Source: Anthoceros angustus
Taxonomy: Eukaryota; Plantae; Anthocerotophyta
Direction: 5' to 3'
DNA length: 64,000 nt
Assembly (NCBI GenBank): GCA_010909165.1
Contig: VJWM01000025.1
Location: 1,984,001 to 2,048,000 of the forward strand
Shown here: positions 38,645-49,157 of the stretch, piece by piece
Numbering within the stretch: the first letter of the stretch is position 1
How the letters are laid out: each line of letters begins with the position of its first letter
Position numbers and translations under genes: made by a program
Notes under the pieces: generated by a model
Seen by the model: the letters and a program-made list of their open reading frames with translations, nothing else
Told to the model about the DNA's origin: nothing
The model's database searches: none

Positions 38645-41600
38645 ATGGCAACCTCTGTAGCCTACGCACCGTCTTGTCCTGCTCCGTGCCTGGGATGTGG
38701 GTCACCTAGACGCACACGACACCAGGTGTCGTCTCCTTTCTGCAATTCATCCGTTTGCAGCTTCGCGGCACCCACCTTTGTGCAATTCCGGGCACCCGGG
38801 TTATGGGAGAACGCAAATTCACAGCTTGTGGATGGGCACGAGAGGTCACATTCCTGGAAAAGACGGCCCTGCCTGCCAGAGTTTATATCGGCCCGCCCTG
38901 TGAGTTGCCGCTGGCAAATGCGTCATCTAAATCCTATGGGCGTTCGGGGGCGGAGATTCTCCCGTCTCACGGATGATGTCTCTAGTGGGAGGACGAGACC
39001 AAGTGTGTGGGATGAGAGAGGGCGAGCAGGGTCGGGAAGCAGAAAGAGTAGCGATCATTTGGTGAGGATGGCTTATATATCTCCTCCTGCGCATCCCAAA
39101 TTTCTTTCCCAGTCAGATGATGAAGATGATGAGACTGACGCTGATGAGAAAACTGGGGGCACAGCAGGGGCAGTCTCACAGGTTGAACCAGTTATAACGT
39201 GGGCCCTCGTTAGCCGCCTTCTGATGAAGGAGAAGCTGCGTATTGCTGGTGCTGTCGTTGGACTGGTCTGTGCTACTGCCTGCACTCTCACTATGCCACT
39301 CTTTTCTGGTATGCATCCACATGCTTTCTCATGTTCTTGGATGGGCTTCGTGTTTGCACGACGATGCCAACTTTTGTGATCCACCAGTCTGTTTGGGCTC
39401 CAAGTCTTTTGATCAACATCCGTCCACAGTGGAATCCACAAACTGAGGCTACATAACTTCGATATGCATCTCTGTTATTCAGGTCGGTTTTTTGAGACAC
39501 TCATTGGTGCTCGACCTGAGCCACTATCGCAGCTGCTCACCAAGCTGGGTGCTATCTACGTCGCCGAGCCTGCTTTCACTGTCTTGTTCGTTACTAGCAT
39601 GGTGACCGTTTGGGAAAGAGTGATGGCGAATTTACGTTCTGAGATCTTCCGGCGGCTTTTAATTCAGAAGGTTTTATCCTTTAAGATTTCTATCTTTTCT
39701 GTGTGCAATGATGTGACGAGCCTTTCCTCCGACTGACAACTCATGACTTTTGTCTGTTCAGGTTGAGTTTTTTGATCGCCATAAGGTACGTTGAACTTTA
39801 ATTGGGCTTCAGCTCCTTGTATTTCTTTGTTTTTTCCCCCTGGCGTGAACACTCGGTTCAACAATGGCTGCAGGTTGGTGAGCTTACAGGTTTGCTTTCA
39901 TCAGAACTTGGAGCATTAAAGGATATTGTCAATGAAAATGTTTCCAGAGACCGTGGCTTTCGAGCCATTTGCGAGGTATGCACCTGAAAGAGCCAGCTCG
40001 AAACTATCGAATGTTGAGAGCGTGGGCTGATGTTGTGTGTGGTATATTTTGTCGCTGCAGATGCTTGGGACCCTGACGATCCTTTTTTATCTATCCACTC
40101 AACTAGCTCCTGTTCTGGGGTTGCTGATGTTGACCATTTCAGCCACTGTGGGTAAGCTTGTATAGAATCACTTGAATAGATTTTTTATGCTATTATCGTC
40201 GAAATTAGCATGCCAATGACTACTGTTGCATTTTCAAAAATGCAGAAACTGATATGGTCGGAGCTTGATTTCTTGGACAGCAATCTACAAGCGGACTACT
40301 ATGCCAGTTTTCAAAGCACACGGCATAGCACTTGCTCGAATCAGTGATTGTGCCAGTGAGACATTTTCAGCCATTCGGACGGTATGCTGTAGCGGTGCAG
40401 TCAAGGGCTCTGTGCCACTGCGTTCCCCGTTTGAGAGGAGCTCAGTTTCTTAGGATGGTTTTCCTGTTGCTGAGAGAAAACACTTCTTCACAGGTACGGT
40501 CATTTGGGGGCGAGAAACGGCAGATGTCAGCATTTGATGAACAGGTGAGTTCCTTTTGATCTGTTAGTGGGCTCACATATGTGCTGCTGGCTGTGCATGT
40601 TATGAGGTCTTCAGGAAACATGCAACATCACTCGTGTTTGGCCTCCATGATTAGTACTGTTTTTCTGACATGTTAATCAACAGGTTTTAGCATACCAAAG
40701 AAGTGGGAATAAGCTTGGAGTGCTCAAATCTGCAAATGAGTCATGGACTCGCATTGCTGTATATGTTTCACTGATGGCCCTCTACATCCTAGGAGGGCAG
40801 AAAGTTAGAGCGGTATGCAATGAGTTGTAGCAATACTCAATGGTGTTCATTCCTCTGCCACAACGCGCTGCTTAGAATCTCTAGATGACCTGCTGTTTTC
40901 CCCGCCATGATATTTGGTGCACTGGAGTGCAGGGCGAACTTGCGGTCGGAAAGATGGTTTCATTTATCGGATACACATTTACATTAACTTTTGCAGTAAG
41001 CTATCTTTGCAGCTGCACTCAGTCAGAGAAAGTCTGCTAGAGAAGTACGAGTGCTCTGATATTTGATGATCTAATACTTCAAATGCGATTGCTTCAGGTT
41101 CAGGGAGTGGTCAACACACTTGCAGATGTGCGTGGAATGCTCGCTGCAGTCGAGCGCATCAATTCCATTGTAGCAGGAACAGAAGTGGACGAGTCTCTGG
41201 CACGAGGGTTAGACAGGGAAGCCAAGGATGAGCTATCTGCCAATTCTGCCAAAGGGGGTGATACCTATCGCTCACGAAGAGCATCCCACTTGGGGAAGAT
41301 GCCGCAGGTGTTTAAGCCATCCTGGAGCGTATGTGAGCTTGCATGGAGTGGAGATGTTGTGCTTGAAGGTACGGTGAAGTTCTGATACTGTACATGTTCT
41401 TGGAAGTCTGCTGTCACATTTTCCCGATCAAAGGCTAGCACATCTGAGGGGAACAAGGGAAGTGTGCACAGTGTAGCTTGGGACGCACAGCTACTGAGGC
41501 TCGTGAAGGCAGCAGCTAACCTCTTCCATGTCGGGCAGATGTGCATTTTGCATATCCTTTACGTGCAGATGTGGAAGTGCTCAAAGGCATAACGTTAAGG

Positions 41601-42839
41601 CTAAAGCGAGGGACAGTTACTGCAGTTGTTGGGTCCAGTGGTGCAGGAAAAAGTACAGTAGTGCAGCTTCTTGCTCGCTTCTATGAGGTGTGCTCCTTGG
41701 GACAAACTTATTTGCAGTCGTCTTTGGTCTTTGAACATATTGCTGTATCCTTATCACTAAAACTCAGAAGTGGTCAACATTGTTCTCAGCCAACCAAGGG
41801 GCGAATCACGCTTGCTGGAGAGGATGTCCGACTGTTTGACAAGACAGAGTGGGCTCGGGCCATATCGATTGTGAATCAGGCAAGGAACGATGCTTGGATT
41901 GAAGTTCCCAAACCTTGCTGTCTTCCGTTTCAAACGAGGCCATGTATGACGATGAGAAGCTAAGCCTCCTACGACTTTTGCAAATTTGCAGGAACCAGTA
42001 CTGTTTGCCATGTCTGTTGCAGAAAATATAGCCTATGGGTTGCCGAATGAAGATGTCTTGCAAGATGATATTGTGAAAGCTGCCAAGGCTGCAAATGCAC
42101 ATGATTTTGTTACAGCTCTTCCTCAGGTCTGGTAATTCTCTCCGTGCACGCTGAAGGCACCCTTCATCCATTGCTAATGCATGCTTTACTGGCTTCAGGG
42201 GTACGATACCCTTGTAGGAGAGCGTGGAAGTCTACTAAGCGGAGGGCAACGTCAGGTACTTATATTCATCCCATTTTTGACGAGCTAGCTCTCCAAGATA
42301 CTGTGATCTACATCTGACCATCTCTGTCTGTCTAAACAGAGAATAGCCATTGCAAGGGCTCTGTTAAAGAATGCTCCAATTTTGATCCTGGACGAGGTAA
42401 GGAGTACACTGCTCTGCGCTCGTCCTCACTAGTGCGAGTGTCATATGAGCAAACCCCCTGACATCTGCCCTAAAATGCCACAGGCAACAAGTGCTCTCGA
42501 TACAGTAAGCGAGCGGCTTGTGCAAGATGCTCTTGATCGGCTTATGAAGGTTACTTTCTTACGCTACCGGATCTCATCCATCAACCACTTATGTTTCTCC
42601 CTTAAACCCTGCCCTGGGCATGTGCATGCTGCAACAGTCATGACTAACGTGTGGCTGTTTCTTTTCAGGGAAGAACTACCCTCGTCATTGCGCACAGGCT
42701 GAGTACGATACAAGTAGCAGATCAAATTGCCGTTTGTGCGGATGGGAAGGTGGTGGAGATAGGAAGCCACTCTGAGCTTCTGGCAGAAGGTGGATTGTAT
42801 TCCTCTCTTGTAAGAGGACAAGCTGTTGTTGTCGAGTGA
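38645..42839 (+). CDS. ABCB28: ABC transporter B family member 28 (plastid half-transporter), about 17 exons
   Basis: Transit peptide; [18 protein letters not shown]; [11 protein letters not shown]; Walker [10 protein letters not shown]; LSGGQRQR; Walker B ILILDE; IAHRLST; ends GQAVVVE*. Confidence 0.92.
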
Positions 42840-43049
42840 TCGAAAGTCGTTGAGCCCAAGAGAAACCGCTCGAAGGGCTTCGTCCGCAACAATGAAATGA
42901 ACTTCTGAAAGCGTGCTTGTGTTCGGAGGAACTTGAAAGTTGCTGCGGTAGCGATCGATGAAATGTGAAAGGACGTAAGTGGGGTTGGCTGTGCCTCGAC
43001 AAGACAAGACGCCTGTGCGAATCCCGCGAAAGGTTCGAAGCGCAGGTTC

Positions 43050-43255
43050 CAAATCGTTGTGTCCAAATGTCATGGTCAACATTCCAGAGATTTCTAGGTA
43101 AAACAAACCACGACCTCTTTCAATTTAAGTTGTTCCCAATGACATTTGTGTAGGGTTGATAGAAGTGTTTCCAAATTGATTCCAAATGGGAATCGGTCAT
43201 CTTTCGGTCTAGCATCCAGTACAAGGTCACAAACCGTAAGATTGTTAGGATGAAA
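43050..43255 (-). pseudogene. Fragment of the TBP-like gene (second repeat) joined to the ABCB28 3' UTR
   Basis: Reverse complement of about 44560-44765 (NLTVCDLVLDARPKD...ISGMLTMTFGHN), with indels. Confidence 0.8.
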
Positions 43256-43272
43256 ACCGGCAATATATGCCC

Positions 43273-43678
43273 ACTCAGTCCACTCTGTCTTGTCAAACAG
43301 CTGGACATCCTCTCCAACAAACGTGATTCGCCCCTTGGTTTTGCTACCCCTTGGTTAGCTAAGAACAATGTTGACCACTTCTGAGTTATAGTGATAAGGA
43401 TACAAATAAGTTTGTCCCAAGAGCACACCTCGTAGAAGCGAGCAAGAAGCTGCACTATTGTACTTTTTCCTGCACCACTGGACCCAACAATTGCAGTAAC
43501 TGTCGCTCGCTTTAGCCTTAACATTATGCCTTCGAGCACTTCCACGTCTGCACGTAAAGGATATGCAAAGTACACATCTGCCCCACAACGAAGAGAGAAG
43601 CTGCTGCCTTCACGAGCCTTAGTACTAGCTGTGTGTGTGCCAAGCTACACTATGCACACTTCCCTTGTTCCCCTTAGG
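43273..43678 (-). pseudogene. Inverted partial duplicate of ABCB28 (Walker A exon region, about 41443-41858)
   Basis: [16 protein letters not shown]...[20 protein letters not shown], with introns retained. Confidence 0.92.
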
Positions 43679-43725
43679 AGTAACATGAAAAGTATTCTTC
43701 CACAGTAAATCCTTCGGATTCTTAA

Positions 43726-43951
43726 TCACGTCCTTGGACCTCGACCTTACTTGCCGCCTCAAAACCCTAATTGCAGCCTATTTAGATAACTATGATTTTC
43801 CTTGGTCTTTGGACATGAATTATTCACGTCCTTGGACCTCGACCTTACTTGCCGCCTCAAAACCCTAATTGCAGCCTATTTATATAACTATGATTTTCCT
43901 TGGTCTTTGGACATAAATAATTCATGTCCTTGGATCTCGACCTTACTTGCC
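43726..43951. repeat. Tandem repeat, 98-bp unit, about 2.3 copies, upstream of the TBP-like ORF
   Basis: tcacgtccttggacctcgaccttacttgcc at 43726, 43824 and about 43922; contains AAACCCTAA. Confidence 0.85.
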
Positions 43952-44101
43952 TGTGTGGCACATCTATATATGTGTGCCTAGCTATGCGTCATGACACAGG
44001 CTCCGGTCTTGTAAAGACACACCACACGCCTTAGTGTTGCTGAGTGAGGAGGATGAGCTCAATGTTTTCCAAAGACAACAATTGATGCGGTTGAGGAATA
44101 T

Positions 44102-44931
44102 TTGCAAGCGCCCTATGTCAATAAAGGTGACTTAATGGCTAAGATGAGTAAGGCCTTATCATATAAAGACACACCACAAGGCTTAGTGGTGATGAGCGAA
44201 GAGGATGAGCTCAAGGTACTCCGAAGAGAACATTCATCGGGAGTGATACCCAAGCTAGTCTACGTGGCAGGGGTCACTACCCTACAGGGGAAATTTGACT
44301 TGAATGATTTGGCTCTCAACCTTCCCTATTTGGAGCACCATAAAGATGTTAGAGAAGGTGTGGTAATCCTAAGGGTGGAACATCATATTGATGTTAGTGG
44401 AGTTGTGCCAATGGTAAGGGTAGACATGCGACTCCATGAAGCCCCATGCTCTTCCTTGTCCTTACGCATGTTTGAATCAAGAAGGGTGAATGTATTAGGA
44501 GTAGCGTCAACATCGCGCGTGCTTCAGGTATGATCAACATGTTGGGGTATAATGCAAGTTTTGATCCTAACAATCTTACGGTTTGCGACCTTGTACTGGA
44601 TGCTAGACCGAAAGATGGCCAATTCCCATTTGGGATCAATTTGGAAACACTCTCATCAACCCTACACAAAAGTCTTTGGGAACAACTCAAATTAAAAGAG
44701 GTCGTGGTCCGTTTCTACCCAAAAATCTCTGGAATGTTGACCATGACGTTTGGACACAACAATTTGGCTGTCTCCGTCTTTGGTACAGGACGCATCCAAA
44801 TTTCAGGAGGAAGTACAATTGCACCATCCAATGAAATTTTTGAACAAGTTTATTCCATCATGGTGAAACACCAAGTCAACATGCAGCAGCTTATGGCACC
44901 GTTTATGCCGCCATTGAGGCACACCAAATGA
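44102..44931 (+). pseudogene. Divergent TATA-binding-protein-like (TBP-fold) gene with both repeats; frameshift at about 44505-44530
   Basis: VIPKLVYVAGVTTLQGKFDLNDLAL ~ [38 protein letters not shown] ~ ALIFSSGKMVCTG; MLGYNASF ~ KLGFPAKF; FGINLETL ~ FPIRLEGL; VSVFGTGRIQISG ~ LLIFVSGKVVLTG; EIFEQVYSIM ~ EAFENIYPIL. Confidence 0.8.
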
Positions 44932-45023
44932 AGAGTAATGAAGCACACTTCAGCATTCACATGAAAGCTTCAGTAGTAACTACACTTCAACATTAAGGCT
45001 TGGGAGTCTAAGCGAACTATTTT

Positions 45024-45580
45024 AGGGTGAATGTATTAGGAGTAGCAACGCGTCTGCAACAACATCGTGCTTGCAGGGCGCTCGTCAAGATGATCAACAT
45101 GTTGGGGTATAATGCAAGTTTTGATCCTAACAATCTTACGGTTTGCGACCTTGTACTGGATGCTAGACCGAAAGATGGCCAATTCCCATTTGGGATCAAT
45201 TTGGAAACACTCTCATCAACCCTACACAAAAGTCTTTGGGAACAACTCAAATTAAAAGAGGTCGTGGTCCGTTTCTACCCAAAAATCTCTGGAATGTTGA
45301 CCATGACGTTTGGACACAACAATTTGGCTGTCTCCGTCTTTGACAGACATCCAAATTTCGTGGAAGTACAATTGCACCATCCAATGAAATTTTTGAACAA
45401 GTTTATTCCATCATGGTGAAACACCAAGTCAACATGCAGCAGCTTATGGCACCGTTTATGCCGCCATTGAGGCACACCAAATGAAGAGTAATGAAGCACA
45501 CTTCAGCATTCACATGAAAGCTTCAGTAGTAACTACACTTCAACATTAAGGCTTGGGAGTCTAAGCGTAACTATTTTAGG
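45024..45580 (+). pseudogene. Tandem duplicate of the 3' half of the TBP-like gene plus its 3' flank
   Basis: Copy of about 44483-45023; keeps the linker helix (QQHRACRALVKMINMLG) but has deletions at FGTGR. Confidence 0.85.
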
Positions 45581-45774
45581 CTGAATTGCAACATAGTAGA
45601 TAGTCGTACTAGATTATGAGAGGGTAGTCATATTGTAATATGCTAGTCTCCACGAGCTAAATTATAACTCAGTGATATTGGGGGGATCGATTGATTCAAT
45701 GGGACCATTCGTTACGGAGGCAAGAATAAGCTTTTGAATTGGAAGGATTTCTTGTGGATGAGGCATCCAACAAA

Positions 45775-46143
45775 GCTGCAGTTTCGAACCTTGCTCGGGG
45801 TTCGCACGCGCACCTTGCTTTCTCGAGACACGGCCAAACCCACATATCGTCCTTCACATTTCATACCGCAGCAACTTTCAAGCTCCTCCGGATATGCGCA
45901 CGCTTTCAGAATTTCATTTCACCATTGCGAACGAAGCCCTTCGAGCGGTTTCTATGAGGCTCAACGATGCACAGTCGATTCAAGGATTTACTTTTGATCA
46001 CTCGACAACAACTGCTTGTCCTCTTACAAGAGAGGAGTACAATCCACCTTGTGCCAGAAGCTTAGAGTGGCTTCCAATCTCCATCACCTTTTCATCCGCA
46101 CAAACGGCAATCTGATCTGCTACTTGTATCGTACTTAGCCTGT
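45775..46143 (-). pseudogene. Inverted copy of the ABCB28 last exon and 3' UTR (about 42695-43045)
   Basis: [47 protein letters not shown]. Confidence 0.92.
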
Positions 46144-46885
46144 ACAATGCATCTTGATGCCATCGCATTATTTCATCAACAGGAACTTTGCAATATAGGC
46201 AATGCCTGATCCAATCCTTTTTTTCCTGTGAAAGCCATGCTACTCTGACATCACGGGGTAAGCCTTTGTACCCAGGCTCATGACATATAGCATTTGAAAG
46301 GTCAGTATGCCTATGTTCAAAAAGACCAAATCTCAGCAACCGTAGGCCACAAGAGAAGTTTCTTCACCCTAAAATTTGCTTGGCAACCATGCTTGACACT
46401 CTCTCCACGGAGGACCTTACACTTAGTTGTATTAGTACCACGTGACACTCCCACCTCCTTTTGGCGAAAGTCTTCCGGGTCGTAAGAACACCAATACGTG
46501 CAAGCCAACCTCACAATATTAATGCCTCCCTAAGTAATAAAATAATTTGCATACTTCAAACCTTCTTACCTAACATATGATGCAGTTGTATGCACTGTCG
46601 GTACTGCAGAGCGAAGTAAACTCCCCGGCCCTTTAGAATCCTTCTTATAGAACTTCGTAGGATGGGAACTTATGGCTCTCATTCCCCCAACAAAGTCTCC
46701 CACTCTAGAAAAGAGTATGTGAGCCACGTTCACATGTTTTTGCTGCCCGGTGCCCTAGAATGGTCATACTGAGAAGAATCCCAATTTAGGTCAGTATGGT
46801 TAAATAACCCTAATTTAGGAAGATGCACCACAAAAGGTGTGTTGGTTGGTAACTCTTCGAAGTTAATACAAAAACTCAAATCCAT
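46143..46885 (-). pseudogene. 5' fragment of a MULE-related / SWIM-zinc-finger-family transposase-like gene (frameshifted, one intron)
   Basis: FNHTDLNW...VAHILFSRVGDFVGG...HPTKF...SYVR / YWCSYDPEDFR...KHGCQANFRVKKL...HRHTD...CH; resembles the N-terminus of plant SWIM-family proteins such as At1g60560 as I recall it. Confidence 0.65.
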
Positions 46886-48151
46886 ATTATTATCCATAAA
46901 TCACATTCCCCTATCCCAAAGAGAAAAAAGAGGGCCGTACGGACACATGTGCCAGCCTTAATGGCCATCGGGTATCCATTTGCAAGTGAAGATCACAGCG
47001 CTAGCTGTGGTCTCCGGTAGATGTGGTGGTGGAGGCCACGCTTGGGGCTTGTCAATTGTAGGGTGCACAAACACAATGGAGAAATTATCTAAGCAAACAA
47101 TTATGTGTAGCCTGATTATGGAACCCTCAAGCTGAAACAAAGCTCTTGAGGAGGCCTACCTGAAGCTTGAGGCCAATCATCTTGAAAGTTAGCTTATTAG
47201 AGACTAAAAACCCGGCAATCTGCATCCCAATGAACTCATCACATATTAACAAAAAGTTGCAAGTGATTCGGATGACTCTCTGTCAAAGCAGTCTAAAGAT
47301 GTTATCAACAGGGGTGAGAGCTAGGAGATTGCCAGGTCTAGGCCCTAGAGAAGGGCCGTAGCAGCTTCAAGCGAATCATGCTGTGTGACCTCAGGACAGG
47401 AGGCACACAAGATTTCTTACCCCAAGGCAAGATCCCGGTAATGGGAAAATGCCAAATTTGTTGGCGCTCACGGTGCGCAATTGCAGTAATTGTATCGTTC
47501 CTTCTCTCTACTATTAATTTGTATTAATGATTGCTTGTATGTGCAATTCGAAGGGAAACACATGACAATCATTCAAACTAGCTTGCAGTTGCATCAGCGG
47601 CACAACTTTCCTATGCATTGAGGTTTGAAGGAATTAAAATTGAACGATAATAACTGTTGTGACGATTTCTAGTACGAATTGACAAGAATTGACCAAAATT
47701 ACTAAGCCCTTTAAGTAAGCGAATAATATCCAATAAGGAGTTTTCACCAAGGCAAATATGCAATAAGGAAGCACTTATAGTAAGTATGGTAGATACCTAT
47801 TGGGGGTATATGAAATATATATAGTGGCCCATACCGAGGCTTTTCCTTGTCGCAACTATTGCGAGTTCCTACCTAAAGACTATATATGTGGAAGTTCCGA
47901 CACCACTCTTATCCATATGGAGGCGTAGTGATGCGGAGGAGAAAGGTACCTCTTGGGCCCTTTACTTTCTTTTCACTGTCTCAGTCCTGTTATCATAAGC
48001 ATATGGGCTCCTTTGAGATGTATGCTCTTGTGATGTTATTGGCGCAAGATCGAGTAGCTCTCCACTCGCCTTGAGCAGAATTGTCGATGCAGGGTTACCG
48101 CCAAAAAATTGTCCGAAAAAAAAAGTGTCGCTCCAGAGCCCTTTGGTGCAG

Positions 48152-48796
48152 TCAGTAAAACAGCTTGGTTGCGGGGATGGATGGCACGCTCTTTTGCCTC
48201 TCCAACCTGTCCATCTCCAAATCAAGGAAGTTGTAGTCGGTGATCCAAGTGGTCATCCTACCGTGCCTAGGCGGCACCTCCTTGGGATCGAAAGGCTTGG
48301 GAAGTGCCCGTAACTGTGCTGTGGTATCAGTGGCAATCCTACCATACCAGCCCTTGGGATCCACGCACGGCCTATATTCCTTGTTCGGGTTGTCGAACAA
48401 ATCTGTGCATGTGATGTCCGAACTTTTGCGACGAAAAGTGGGCGATGGCGCATCCCTGAGCGACGGGGAGTAGGAGTGCGCGGGGACAGCCCCGTTCAAG
48501 TGCCTACTGATCGGGGACATCTTGATGCCATACGTGTACTTGACGTGCCCGCCATTAGGATCCTTCATCTTCCAAGGCACACTGGGCTGTTGGTACTTGT
48601 GGCGGTAATCCCGGATGTGCCTGGGCAGCGGCTCTAACCGCATCTGAGCCGGGGGAGGAGGCTCTGGCGGAGAGCGGGCTCCGTTGGAGTCCTTGAACCG
48701 GCCGAAGCCCGGGCTGTAGATCCGCCTCCCGAGGCACATAGAGCCGTCCCCCATTCCCGGATACGTTTCTTGCTTCCTGTGATCGGCTTTGGCCAT
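48152..48796 (-). CDS. Uncharacterised intronless Pro/Arg/Tyr-rich protein, about 214 aa from MAKADH
   Basis: Long stop-free ORF with coding-like GC3, divergent from the neighbouring gene; no family recognised. Confidence 0.6.
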   Translation of the reverse strand: MAKADHRKQETYPGMGDGSMCLGRRIYSPGFGRFKDSNGARSPPEPPPPAQMRLEPLPRHIRDYRHKYQQPSVPWKMKDPNGGHVKYTYGIKMSPISRHLNGAVPAHSYSPSLRDAPSPTFRRKSSDITCTDLFDNPNKEYRPCVDPKGWYGRIATDTTAQLRALPKPFDPKEVPPRHGRMTTWITDYNFLDLEMDRLERQKSVPSIPATKLFY

Positions 48797-49098
48797 CGCT
48801 GATTTCCTATTCTGTCTGTGGTCTGTCGAACTTGTAGAAGGTGAGGTAATGCGAGGTGAGATGGTAATCCACAGCCATAAGCTTATGCTCACTCCGGCTG
48901 CAGGCTCCCGCAAGACCAGGCGCCTTCTGCGAATCCGCTCCGAATGCCTCTCGCGAATGCTGCGATATAGCGAATTTTGTGGAGCACATGTGTAACCAGC
49001 ACCAGCAGTAGCAGCAGCAGCATAGGATCAAAGGAGGACGGTTGTACCCAGGCGGAGGAGACGGCAAACCGCTCGAGTTAGGCCTTAAACCCCGGGTC

Positions 49099-49106
49099 TA
49101 GGGTTT
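49099..49106 (+). promoter_or_regulatory. Telo-box (TAGGGTTT) upstream of the NOL11-like gene
   Basis: Motif about 50 bp before the ATG. Confidence 0.45.
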
Positions 49107-49157
49107 GAGCCATCGCTGCTGCTTTGCGCAGCTCTCTCGTGCAGGGCAGGGTTAGAG

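Noticed and set aside
42840-43045. Recurrent peptide TAATFKFLRT..RFQ.FIS.LRTKPFERFL (also near 45.9 and 61.4 kb) as an insertion domain of the TBP-like protein
   Set aside because: It is the antisense of the ABCB28 3' UTR, duplicated along with the last exon; the 44.1-kb copy aligns to TBP without it
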